Shown here: piece after piece, positions 1 through 8,110 of the stretch | How positions within the stretch are numbered: position 1 is the stretch's first letter | Layout: each line of letters begins with the position of its first letter | Origin: a virus | Virus record (IMG/VR): IMGVR_UViG_3300045988_115457 | Length of the DNA: 60,731 nucleotides | Strand: one strand, 5' to 3' | Notes under the pieces: generated by a model | Database searches by the model: none | Seen by the model: only the letters and a program-made list of their open reading frames with translations | Told to the model about the DNA's origin: nothing | Made by a program: the position numbers and the translations under genes

Positions 1-55
1 TTTTACAGCGAAAGCCTTTCTTATACATCTGTTTCCATGTCAAATTAGTTCCGTC
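1..55. repeat. 55-bp terminal direct repeat, identical to 60677..60731 (assembly overlap of a circular or permuted genome)
   Basis: Bases 1-55 (ttttacagcgaaagcc...ttagttccgtc) recur exactly as the last 55 bases of the window. Confidence 0.95.
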
Positions 56-154
56 CAACCAGTGCCTGACGCAATCTCTTCGGTAATATTTTTGAGTATT
101 CATCACAAGTGTACCATTTGGGTAGGTTATCATGTACATTATATCTTCACGCAT
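1..154 (-). CDS. small hypothetical protein whose ORF crosses the circular junction (5' part; continues at 60676..60645)
   Basis: ATG at 154..152, MREDIMYMITYPNGTLVMNTQKYYRRDCVRHWLDGTNLTWKQMYKKGFRCKK..., reading off position 1 and continuing in frame at the window end to a TAA at 60645-60647 (about 61 aa). Confidence 0.4.
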   Translation of the reverse strand, partial: MREDIMYMITYPNGTLVMNTQKYYRRDCVRHWLDGTNLTWKQMYKKGFRCK

Positions 155-176
155 ATTAGCTCCTTTCTTTCTTGTT

Positions 177-938
177 TTACTCTAATTGTTTATCGAAAAT
201 CTTAATACATTCAAATAAATATTTTGCCACTGTTGGATTTACCGCATTGCCGATACTTCCAACTCTGTGTGACCAATCGAAAACCCCATCATCATTTCTA
301 ACAGTGCTATGCGCTGGGATTTCAAGAATCCTTTTTGCGCAAGTATATCCAACACTCGTATCTGATGTCCACTCTTTAAATATCGAGTTAAAGCGTCCAT
401 CGTTGCAAATGTCGCCTTGTAATCCGATTTTGTCGGAGTAGGCAATAAGATAAAGTCTTTCCCTTTTGTGCGGGTATCCAAAAGCGTAGTTTGATATACA
501 TTGCCATTCCGCATTATACCCGATTTTGGAAAGGTCGCATAGGACTTGTTCGAGACCGGAAATAGTGAGAGCTGGCGAATTTTCAACGACGACGTATTTA
601 GGTCTAACTTCCCATATAACTCGGTACATCTCACTCCACAACCCCGAGCGCTTTCCTTTAATACCTTCACGTTTTCCGGCAACACTGATGTCTTGACACG
701 GAAATCCTCCACTAATGATGTCCACATATCGGAGTCCGGTTGCTTTTGTAATATCTGTGAATCTTTCTGCATGAGGAAATCTTGATTTTAATATTTCACC
801 TTGAAATTTTTCTATCTCACAATTCCACAAAGTGTCAATACCTGCCATTTCAGCCCCTAATTCAAAGCCGCCAATGCCGCTAAACAGAGAGCCATGTGTT
901 AGTTTACTTTGCTTCATATCTTTATTTGTTTTTCGCAA
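177..938 (-). CDS. dcm: DNA (cytosine-5)-methyltransferase
   Basis: C5-MTase motifs in order: FSGIGG (I), GFPCQDIS (IV), VVVENSP (VI), KRERLYLIAY (VIII), GNAVNP (X). Alternative start MKQSK at 917. Confidence 0.9.
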   Translation of the reverse strand: MRKTNKDMKQSKLTHGSLFSGIGGFELGAEMAGIDTLWNCEIEKFQGEILKSRFPHAERFTDITKATGLRYVDIISGGFPCQDISVAGKREGIKGKRSGLWSEMYRVIWEVRPKYVVVENSPALTISGLEQVLCDLSKIGYNAEWQCISNYAFGYPHKRERLYLIAYSDKIGLQGDICNDGRFNSIFKEWTSDTSVGYTCAKRILEIPAHSTVRNDDGVFDWSHRVGSIGNAVNPTVAKYLFECIKIFDKQLE

Positions 939-1068
939 ATCCTTGATAATTCTTCAAGAACTTGCAAGGTTTAATTAATATTATCCATCAGGTGGTTCGC
1001 TATCGCATACACCACCAGGTAAAATAAGATGTTCACTCCTAGGAGAAGGAGGATGTTTAAGAGTATTC

Positions 1069-1734
1069 TCATCTGCGGGAAGATCCTTTCAATTCGATTA
1101 CATTAAACATTTCATTAATGCGATCAGCGATATATGCACCATATCGATCCTGAATCTCTTCTATAGAAAGATTGGTCGTTATATGAGTTTTACACTCGTA
1201 TCTCAATTCATATCGACATTGAAGAATATACTGCATAACATTCAACTCCGTACCAAAATGCTTAGAAGGAACGGGCTCCCTTCCTAATTCATCAAAACAG
1301 ATCGTCCTAGGGATTCCACCATTGTAAGTATACAGTTCCAAATAATCCCGTCCTTTCATGGAGAACCCAGTGGCAACATAAGAGGCGGAATCAATTCTGA
1401 ATCCTCCAATGGGATAATCCCCGGCATCACGTCCTCCAATAAACCATAAGTATTTATTTAGAATTTGCATTATAGTTGATTTACCGGTCCCGTAATCTCC
1501 TGTTAGCAAAAGGCCTTTCCCAGCCCCCGAATCACCTTCTGCATAGAGAAATATATCATTCATTATCTTTCTAAAAGCCCCTTCAACTTTAAATCCCGGA
1601 CAAACAAAGCGGCAGCATTCAGCAAACACTTCCGCTCGTCTCTTCTTGTCATTTATCGATGTTGTAGGTGGCAGTTGTGCGGATAACAGCTTTCCTATCG
1701 GAATCGGAGTTACCGGCCTTATCCTTGTTTCCAT
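1069..1734 (-). CDS. DnaC/IstB-like AAA+ ATPase (helicase loader)
   Basis: Walker A GDYGTGKST, Walker B ICFDELG. Sits directly downstream of the replication-initiator-like gene. Its N-terminus overlaps that gene by 86 nt. Confidence 0.75.
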   Translation of the reverse strand: METRIRPVTPIPIGKLLSAQLPPTTSINDKKRRAEVFAECCRFVCPGFKVEGAFRKIMNDIFLYAEGDSGAGKGLLLTGDYGTGKSTIMQILNKYLWFIGGRDAGDYPIGGFRIDSASYVATGFSMKGRDYLELYTYNGGIPRTICFDELGREPVPSKHFGTELNVMQYILQCRYELRYECKTHITTNLSIEEIQDRYGAYIADRINEMFNVIELKGSSRR

Positions 1735-2410
1735 ACTTTTTTTCTGTTTGATAATTATTTCTTTCCCATGTTCTCACTGCTGCTTTCCAGTCTTTCATTT
1801 TAGAGCGGCCAACCATCCATCCGTTAGAAGTGTAATGATCCATCCATCTTTGCGGATCAACATCATTTTTTCTCTCCATGCAATACGCAGAAACTTCTTC
1901 AAAAGAAGGAGGAACAAATTGTTTATTTTTTGAGGTTTCCCCTATATTATCTTTTAGTTTAGTTTCTATTTTAGTTTTATATATATAGTCTGGCGCATTG
2001 GTTGGCTGATTGGTTCCCATATTGGTTGGCAGATTGGCTGGCGCATCTACTGTCTCTTGGGCTGGCTTATCTACCGGAATATTTCCGGTAGTTGAGGGTG
2101 AATTTGAATTTTCAAAAGCTTTCTCAAAAGAATATAAACCTACAATCCTTTTGCTTTTACCAGACTTGTAATAAATCAACCCGGCATTAATTAGAGATAA
2201 CCTGGCACGGACTAAAGTTTTCTCGTCTATATTAAGAGCACAGCAGAGTTCGATATTCGAGCAACTGAAAACGTCCTCCCAACCCTCGCTGTTACAAACG
2301 GCAACTAATTCGTGGAATAGTGCCTGTTCGGTAGCGGTAAGCCGATTACGTCTTCGTGCTTTTCTCATTTTCTCTGTCAATGTATATCCGTCCATAAATT
2401 TAATACGCAT
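1649..2410 (-). CDS. phage replication initiation protein (DnaD-like / winged-helix N-terminus)
   Basis: N-terminal wHTH-like segment (LTATEQALFHELVAVCNSEGW...LVRARLSLINAGLIYY) and a C-terminal FVPPSFEEVSAYC...WMDHYTSNGW module typical of phage replication proteins. Start taken at MRIKF (2410). Confidence 0.55.
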   Translation of the reverse strand: MRIKFMDGYTLTEKMRKARRRNRLTATEQALFHELVAVCNSEGWEDVFSCSNIELCCALNIDEKTLVRARLSLINAGLIYYKSGKSKRIVGLYSFEKAFENSNSPSTTGNIPVDKPAQETVDAPANLPTNMGTNQPTNAPDYIYKTKIETKLKDNIGETSKNKQFVPPSFEEVSAYCMERKNDVDPQRWMDHYTSNGWMVGRSKMKDWKAAVRTWERNNYQTEKKYGNKDKAGNSDSDRKAVIRTTATYNIDK

Positions 2411-2567
2411 GAATACAGTTTCTTTTGCTGTCGGCAACAAACCGACGGTTGAAGAAACTACAATAAACTACTCGTGGATTACCTTTCTCGGTTGGAATTA
2501 TTTGCCCGTTGTTGCATTTTGCACAGGTGTCCGGGCGGATAATATGCTTGTCGGATTTCTTTTTCAT
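2400..2567 (-). CDS. small Cys-containing hypothetical protein (55 aa, below the ORF-track cutoff)
   Basis: My own translation: MKKKSDKHIIRPDTCAKCNNGQIIPTEKGNPRVVYCSFFNRRFVADSKRNCIHAY. It fills an otherwise empty gap, and its stop overlaps the next gene's ATG. Confidence 0.3.
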   Translation of the reverse strand: MKKKSDKHIIRPDTCAKCNNGQIIPTEKGNPRVVYCSFFNRRFVADSKRNCIHAY

Positions 2568-2573
2568 ATATTT

Positions 2574-2975
2574 TCATTTTAAATAATCTGTTACTTCAGC
2601 TATAAACTCCTCCAAAGAACGGCAGACAACATATTTATTCCCTACAGATTCAACCGCTTTCTGCCATTCCTTTTGTATAGGCTTTTGGTATTCACCCGGT
2701 CTTTTCATCTCTATACATAAAGCACCATAGAAACGATTACTTTTAAGCAAGATCAAATCTGAAACCCCAGCAAGCATACCCTCTTCCTTCATATAGGCAC
2801 CGTTTCTTGCACTTCTCCTTGCTGCGTTGGGTATGGCAAATAGAATGTTTTTTAACTGGGGATATTGGAAGCGAAACCATTGAATACAAGATGCTTGTAT
2901 CTGATGTTCCTCACCTTTCGGCTTTTTGCGGATGTTCTTTCCGCAATACTGGGCTTTCATTTCTTCGAATGTCAT
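2574..2975 (-). CDS. VRR-NUC domain nuclease
   Basis: PD-(D/E)xK-type core GVSDLILL...ALCIEMKRPG in a 133-aa protein. ATGA overlap with the downstream gene. Confidence 0.8.
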   Translation of the reverse strand: MTFEEMKAQYCGKNIRKKPKGEEHQIQASCIQWFRFQYPQLKNILFAIPNAARRSARNGAYMKEEGMLAGVSDLILLKSNRFYGALCIEMKRPGEYQKPIQKEWQKAVESVGNKYVVCRSLEEFIAEVTDYLK

Positions 2976-3250
2976 GGCAATTTTGATTTTATTTCATTGA
3001 GAAGCGTTTCGTTACTCGTATAATATCCAACACCTGCTATATCACACAGGAATCTTCTTAAATCTTCCGGAGAGTTGAAATTTACAGGTTGATCTCCAAA
3101 AGCTACTACACGATTTCCTTTTCTATAAACTCTATGTCCCCGCTTCTCAACTTCTTTAATTAGCTCATCGTCGTCACACTCTTCAAGAATTTCATCAACG
3201 TAATCGTCAAGGTCTACTTCAACCTCTGTCATTATTTCTACGGTTCTCAT
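2972..3250 (-). CDS. hypothetical protein (acidic N-terminus)
   Basis: 92-aa ORF translationally coupled to its neighbours. No recognisable motif. Confidence 0.6.
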   Translation of the reverse strand: MRTVEIMTEVEVDLDDYVDEILEECDDDELIKEVEKRGHRVYRKGNRVVAFGDQPVNFNSPEDLRRFLCDIAGVGYYTSNETLLNEIKSKLP

Positions 3251-3387
3251 AATTTCTTTGAAGTTTCTTTCTAGTTTTACGAATCATATCTTCATCTCTC
3301 GAATTATATCCCCTAATGAGGATTTCTGACGTTTTCAAGCACCGGACTATCGTCTGGTATTCTTGTTTGGTGATTGTTATTTTCATG

Positions 3388-3538
3388 TGGTGATGGCAGG
3401 ATTCGAACCTGCATGATAGGAGTTATTTTTGCTGTTACATTTAAAACAGCCATGCCCGTTTATTTTTACAACCTTAGCCTAGGGTTAACCTATCTATAAA
3501 CATGTCACTTTAGCGTCTACTAATTTCGCCACATCACC
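3388..3538 (-). ncRNA. tRNA-like RNA A (151 nt): class-II tRNA frame with a 100-nt insert in place of the anticodon arm
   Basis: Minus strand: GGTGATG-TG-GCGAAATTAGTAGACGC...[100 nt]...GCAGG-TTCGAAT-CCTGC-CATCACC-A-CCA. Acceptor pairs 7/7, T loop is canonical, CCA is encoded. I found no 5-bp stem with a 7-nt loop. Confidence 0.55.
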
Positions 3539-3775
3539 ATGTTCGCCCGCCAATCTTCACAGACAGGCAGGCTGGGGTAAAAAGGTTAACAAAGCTATCT
3601 TAACAGCTCACTCTTGCGGATTATAGCTCTACCGGTTACAATAGTATCTTCCGTATTGTGAGACAATGTACTTTGTTTAATGCCTATCTGATCTTCGGAC
3701 AAATGCCGGAAGATACCCGTTACCGAACTGAAATAATAGTTCCGCTTTTCGAAGATCAGGTAGACATGGATTACT
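3539..3775 (-). promoter_or_regulatory. structured non-coding leader upstream of tRNA-like A
   Basis: 237 nt without an ORF. Two perfect 10-bp helices (3688-3697/3750-3759 and 3644-3653/3707-3716), all built on ATCTTC/GAAGAT, plus the shared box GTCTGTGAAGAT (3553-3564, minus strand). Confidence 0.35.
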
Positions 3776-4003
3776 TTAGTTTTTCACATTATTTTCACCA
3801 AACTTATGTTCTTGGCACCAGTTTGATTTCCCGATCTTGAAACCACCAATACCACAACGTAGATTCTTCTCACGCTCCCAATAACTCCCAGGTATGATAG
3901 CGGGTTCTTTCACTATTTCACTTGTAAAGTGAAGACAATTGCTACAGCATGGGCATTTCTTCTGAAACCCTTGCTTTTCTCTGTTTTCTGACTGTTTACT
4001 CAT
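3776..4003 (-). CDS. small Cys-rich (zinc-ribbon-like) protein
   Basis: 75 aa with CPCCSNC near the N-terminus and later C...C residues. Confidence 0.5.
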   Translation of the reverse strand: MSKQSENREKQGFQKKCPCCSNCLHFTSEIVKEPAIIPGSYWEREKNLRCGIGGFKIGKSNWCQEHKFGENNVKN

Positions 4004-4050
4004 TTTGCTTTATTTTTATCTCAAAACTTCCAAATAACAGCTATTTGGAA

Positions 4051-4488
4051 TCAAATGTAATTTTTGTTTCTTTGGACCTCTATCTCCATTAATTGCAATA
4101 GTCGATCTTCGTCGGGACTAGGAAGATATATTCCTGCTTCCCCAGAACTCCAGTTTCTAAAACGAGTAATTGCGTTACTCATTTCTTCTGTATCTAGTTC
4201 AGCGGAACTGCGTAGAACTTTGATGTTACCCAAATACTTATCAGAAACTTCCTTTATGAATATGTCTTTATTGCATAGTATCTTAAAATACTTTTGCTTT
4301 ACATATTCTAAGGTATTGCCTGTCTCACAGGCAAAATACCCTAAAATGACATGCAAATACCGGTTTTGTTTGTCGGTGCGTATCGGCTTCTTTTCTATAA
4401 GTTCTACTATTTTCCCGTTTTTAACAAGCAAAGCGGAACGGGTTTTAAACTGTTCCGCCTGCAATGGATTAGATAGATCGTATAACAT
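4051..4488 (-). CDS. ninB: NinB/Orf-like recombination mediator
   Basis: RTDKQNRYLHVILGYF resembles lambda NinB RSLDQNRKLWACLGDV. Size and position in a recombination module fit. Confidence 0.5.
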   Translation of the reverse strand: MLYDLSNPLQAEQFKTRSALLVKNGKIVELIEKKPIRTDKQNRYLHVILGYFACETGNTLEYVKQKYFKILCNKDIFIKEVSDKYLGNIKVLRSSAELDTEEMSNAITRFRNWSSGEAGIYLPSPDEDRLLQLMEIEVQRNKNYI

Positions 4489-4490
4489 AT

Positions 4491-4802
4491 TTAAAATGGC
4501 AAATCATCTGCAGGAGAAACACAGGGAGCTGAATCAACCTGTTCCATACTTGGAGCACTTGGTTGTGGATTATAAGTTTGCAAATCACCCAAGAAATAAT
4601 TTACCCCATCTTTCCTTTCTTCCTTCTTAGGGGAACAGGAGACATAGTGCGTGTAAGTGTTACTTCCAAATGTAGCAGGTTCTTTACGCTCACCTATCCA
4701 TATATTTAGGTAAATACGCTCTTTACCATCTTTACACATTACCTTTTTCATCTGCTCACGGGGAATTTCCGAAAGGCAGATACTACCAAATAAGCTACTC
4801 AT
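4491..4802 (-). CDS. putative single-stranded DNA-binding protein
   Basis: 103 aa ending in the SSB-type acidic tip ...PADDLPF. Lies between the NinB-like and Rad52-like genes. Confidence 0.4.
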   Translation of the reverse strand: MSSLFGSICLSEIPREQMKKVMCKDGKERIYLNIWIGERKEPATFGSNTYTHYVSCSPKKEERKDGVNYFLGDLQTYNPQPSAPSMEQVDSAPCVSPADDLPF

Positions 4803-4806
4803 ATTA

Positions 4807-5286
4807 TTACTTTTTAAATGTTATACTATACGATGTTGTACTTTGTTTAGATGGAGGATTTAAGGTAAAAACCTCTCCACTATCTTCATCAATTTCCGCT
4901 TTAGGTTTTGAAATTGCTTTTAAATATTCCTCCCTTTCTTTACATTGCTGTTCTATATATTCCCTTTGTTTAATAAGACGATTATAAACTGGATCGTTGC
5001 AAACGGAATAATCATATTTTATACCTGTTTCTTTTAATTGCAAAATAGCACCATTATAGCATGGACGCTCTCCTTTCCCATACTTCTCACATTCTATTAT
5101 AACAGCATCTTTTATTTCTCCACTTTTTAAAAATGCATTAATTGTTTCTGATAGACTTTTCATTTGTATAACCGCATCAATCGGATTTATATCACCATCA
5201 ATAACTTTGGAAATAAAAGCATTAGCCATTTTTTTTTGTTCCGTCTTGGAAGATGGAATTCTGTTGATTATTAGATCATTACTCAT
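4807..5286 (-). CDS. hypothetical protein
   Basis: 159-aa ORF with a 4-nt overlap with the upstream annealase gene. Confidence 0.65.
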   Translation of the reverse strand: MSNDLIINRIPSSKTEQKKMANAFISKVIDGDINPIDAVIQMKSLSETINAFLKSGEIKDAVIIECEKYGKGERPCYNGAILQLKETGIKYDYSVCNDPVYNRLIKQREYIEQQCKEREEYLKAISKPKAEIDEDSGEVFTLNPPSKQSTTSYSITFKK

Positions 5287-5951
5287 TGTAGATTATTATT
5301 TACTTTATATTGGTAATAATTTTCTGAAATCTTATTTATATCATCATTTGTACATCTATAATTCTTTTCTATCAAATTAATTATAGAAAAACGTTGTTTA
5401 TTTTCTCTTGCAAAAGATTCGTTCTTATAAATCCATTTCATCAAATCTTCTCTTCCAAGAAGAGATGCGTTTAAAACTTTACGATTATCATTTTCTGTTT
5501 GTGGTTTATTATATTTGGTAGAATCATTGTCCCAATACACATCAGCTGCCATACCCAAAGCCTTACAAGAAACAGATATGGCGTCAGTTAAAGCCATTTT
5601 ATAACATTCGTCTGACGTATATGCACCATTCTTTTCATTGGCAACAAATGAAGCTCCTCCAACCCCCTGTATTCCTTCGCTCCACTCTCCATTATATTTG
5701 ACGAAAAGGTTGATATGCACAAAACTTGATATTTCTCCATTTGCACCATGTTCATTCCACATTCTTATAATTTCATAACGCCAACCAAATCCACAAGGTC
5801 CAAACTGTTCTGTTAGAGTTTTAATTCTCCACATAGGATTGATATCTGTCTTTCCTTTTAAACGACCTGCTGAAATTGTTTTTTTAGCATTGTCTGGAAC
5901 TTGCCTTATCTTATCGTAAAGTTCAAGACAATTATCATTCCATTCTTTCAT
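5283..5951 (-). CDS. Rad52/Sak-family single-strand annealing protein
   Basis: DINPMWRIKTLTEQFGPCGFGW and DAISVSCKALGMAADVYW resemble phage Rad52-like recombinases. Confidence 0.65.
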   Translation of the reverse strand: MKEWNDNCLELYDKIRQVPDNAKKTISAGRLKGKTDINPMWRIKTLTEQFGPCGFGWRYEIIRMWNEHGANGEISSFVHINLFVKYNGEWSEGIQGVGGASFVANEKNGAYTSDECYKMALTDAISVSCKALGMAADVYWDNDSTKYNKPQTENDNRKVLNASLLGREDLMKWIYKNESFARENKQRFSIINLIEKNYRCTNDDINKISENYYQYKVNNNLQ

Positions 5952-6017
5952 ATCTTATATTATTTAAAGTGGTTTAAATTGCTCCCGGAGTGCCGATCAA
6001 AGCAAACCGGGATTAAG

Positions 6018-6695
6018 TTAAGATAGTCTGCGGATAATATCACCGCCATACGAATTTTTAGTCAGTTCTATAAACTCATAGACGGTAAACCTATCATTAT
6101 CTACATCTATACCTTTATCCGTGCAAAAAGCTTCTCTTCCAGCCTTGCAACTCCCAGTGAGTACATGATGCCATATAAACAAGTCTTTAGCAGAATACTT
6201 TTTAGAAAAGTCAGAGAAATGTTCTTTAAACTTAAGGATCCTTTCCTCTTCTGTACTATCATCATAAAGCTTTTCTTGCAAAGATTCAAATGCCTCATGT
6301 AGAGTATTACCATGAGAAAATTGATTATTCTCTTTTACTATAAAACAGGGAGTAAGAGATAAGTCAGAATGAAGGATAAAACCTTTTGCGATATTACCTT
6401 TTACATTTGTGATAATAGTAGGTATATTATCTACTACATAAATAGGATTTCCATTTATGGATTTTACGCCATAGCCAGAGCCATAGCCAGAGCCAGAGCC
6501 ATAGCCAGAGCCATCGCCATAGCCATAGCCAGAGCCATCGCCAGAGCCAGAGCCAGAGCCATAGCCAGAGCCAGAGCCATAGCCATAGCCAGAGCCATAG
6601 CCAGAGCCAGAGCCATAGCCAGAGCCATAGCCAGAGCCATCGCCAGAGCCAATATTTAGAAACTGTTTTATTCTATCTTCCATTACCTTGCCCAT
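6018..6695 (-). CDS. protein with an N-terminal [G/S]Y[G/S] low-complexity region and a globular C-terminal domain
   Basis: Residues ~17-76 are GSGDGSGYGSGYGSGSGYGSGYGYGSGSGYG..., followed by a ~150-aa non-repetitive domain. Confidence 0.75.
   Translation of the reverse strand: MGKVMEDRIKQFLNIGSGDGSGYGSGYGSGSGYGSGYGYGSGSGYGSGSGSGDGSGYGYGDGSGYGSGSGYGSGYGVKSINGNPIYVVDNIPTIITNVKGNIAKGFILHSDLSLTPCFIVKENNQFSHGNTLHEAFESLQEKLYDDSTEEERILKFKEHFSDFSKKYSAKDLFIWHHVLTGSCKAGREAFCTDKGIDVDNDRFTVYEFIELTKNSYGGDIIRRLS
6468..6650. repeat. hexanucleotide tandem repeat (GCCAGA/GCCATA units) encoding the Gly-Ser-Tyr tract
   Basis: About 180 bp of gccatagccagagcc... units. All three alternative frames give periodic pseudo-ORFs. 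Confidence 0.9.
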
Positions 6696-6964
6696 ACCAG
6701 TACACTTTCAATAGATTTTACAGCTTTATCCGAACACGGGATAATTTCAATCACATCCAGAATCTCTATCTCTGGAACCGTAACTGTGAATTTGCATTCA
6801 GATGGGGTAGTCGTACCATTAACTGCTAATTGAGATATACTAGCAGCACCATCCCAATACCACAATCTACGACAATTTGCGAGCTTAACCTCACTACCAT
6901 TTCTTTCTACTAACTCTCCGAAAAATACACCGGAACGATCTCCTCTTACAATTACTTTTTTCAT
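6683..6964 (-). CDS. hypothetical protein
   Basis: 93-aa ORF. Its stop region overlaps the start of the downstream gene. Confidence 0.65.
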   Translation of the reverse strand: MKKVIVRGDRSGVFFGELVERNGSEVKLANCRRLWYWDGAASISQLAVNGTTTPSECKFTVTVPEIEILDVIEIIPCSDKAVKSIESVLVWAR

Positions 6965-6994
6965 AACTATATATATTATTAAAGTGGTTAATCG

Positions 6995-7030
6995 AAATAA
7001 ATAAAGCGCCTATCCTCACGAACCGACGCT
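6995..7030 (-). terminator. conserved terminator-like module (copy 1): closing GC pairs, CGGTTCGTGAGGATAG loop, U tract
   Basis: Minus strand AGCG-TCGGTTCGTGAGGATAGG-CGCT-TTATTTATTT. Same core at 54890-54924 with covarying closing pairs (GGC/GCC). Confidence 0.35.
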
Positions 7031-7181
7031 TCCAAAATCGTATTTAAACGACAAAATTTTGTTCCTAGATACCGAATCAACGGACACTAGGATAGTATAG
7101 AACATGTAAAACTCAAATACAGAGGCTTGCACTCTACGGACTCCTTTAAATCCGGCATTGGGTTAATTAATAAATGAATGG

Positions 7182-7463
7182 TTATTTACGATTCTTTAAA
7201 ATCTCCAAAACCTTTTTCTTGTCAATCATTATTGTACGGCCTTCTTGAATTATAGCTTTGTCTATTTTACCACTCAATTTGAGATTTTTAGCTTTACAAA
7301 TAGAGCAGTCTAATAAAGAAGCGAGTCCTTTATATCCATATACATACTCTTCCTCTTCAACTATTTGGGGCTTTGGAACTAAGCTTTCAAATAATTTTTT
7401 AAATTCTCCAACTGTTAATTTAAACAGAGGGGTATCATCCAATATTCTTTCTACTCCAATCAT
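7182..7463 (-). CDS. putative helix-turn-helix DNA-binding protein
   Basis: YGYKGLASLLDCSICKAKNLKLSGKIDKAIIQEGRTIMIDKKK resembles excisionase/MerR-type HTH proteins of Bacteroidales elements. Confidence 0.4.
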   Translation of the reverse strand: MIGVERILDDTPLFKLTVGEFKKLFESLVPKPQIVEEEEYVYGYKGLASLLDCSICKAKNLKLSGKIDKAIIQEGRTIMIDKKKVLEILKNRK

Positions 7464-7465
7464 TG

Positions 7466-7825
7466 TTAAATCCTCCTTACTCTTACAATGGTTTCTATTC
7501 TGGTTCTTCTTCCCCTCCTTATATCACCTTGTTCATGTAAAAGCGAGAAGGAAAATATACCAATAAACACCCAAGCGGCATACGCACGAACTACAGGTGA
7601 AAAATCAAAAGAAAACTCTATACCAGAAAGTCTTTCATAAAATTTACGGCACAGCTCACGGCCGTTTTTAACTCGAAGAATTTGAAAAGCTTTCTGTAAC
7701 TGATTATTAATAGTGCTAGATGCTCTACACTTTATTTCAGCAATTTCTTCTTTCTCCAGTCCTGAAATGTACATTTGAGTAGTAAGTTCACACTCTGGAG
7801 TAAGTTCAGTCAATATTCTTTGCAT
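7466..7825 (-). CDS. LuxR/sigma-70 region-4-like HTH regulator with a hydrophobic C-terminal segment
   Basis: LTTQMYISGLEKEEIAEIKCRASSTINNQLQKAFQIL is an HTH_LuxR-like pattern. C-terminal AAWVFIGIFSFSLL. Confidence 0.5.
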   Translation of the reverse strand: MQRILTELTPECELTTQMYISGLEKEEIAEIKCRASSTINNQLQKAFQILRVKNGRELCRKFYERLSGIEFSFDFSPVVRAYAAWVFIGIFSFSLLHEQGDIRRGRRTRIETIVRVRRI

Positions 7826-7843
7826 AACCGTTAAACTTTAAAA

Positions 7844-8086
7844 TTACTTCAATCGAATAATAGAAGTATATCCCGGATGCTCTGTTTTTGAAACCCGGAA
7901 CATCAGATCCATGTTGGCTTTTAATTTATTGACCAGCCTGGCTTCCCGATTTCGCCTAACAGCTTCCGCTTTAATACCGGTGTGCCGTGATTCGTCAAAA
8001 GGCACTTTATAAATATCTCCCACTTTCATCATATCGAATAACTTAGTTGTTCGATATTTTTCGTCAACTATAATTTCTTTTTCCAT
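7844..8086 (-). CDS. hypothetical protein
   Basis: 80-aa ORF in operon context. Confidence 0.55.
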   Translation of the reverse strand: MEKEIIVDEKYRTTKLFDMMKVGDIYKVPFDESRHTGIKAEAVRRNREARLVNKLKANMDLMFRVSKTEHPGYTSIIRLK

Positions 8087-8110
8087 AATATTTTTATTTA
8101 TATTTATTTG

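Noticed and set aside
239-772. 177-aa minus-strand ORF and 79/89-aa plus-strand ORFs overlapping the methyltransferase gene
   Set aside because: They lie wholly inside the dcm gene, whose frame carries all the C5-MTase motifs. The alternative frames show no motifs and have low-complexity composition.
6369-6659. Highly periodic repeats with ORFs on both strands (…IARAIARA…, MALAMALAM…), which could be mistaken for a CRISPR-like array or extra genes
   Set aside because: The period is 6 nt with no spacers. All of it lies inside the 6018-6695 CDS, where it encodes the Gly-Ser-Tyr tract. The other ORFs are alternative-frame artefacts of the repeat.
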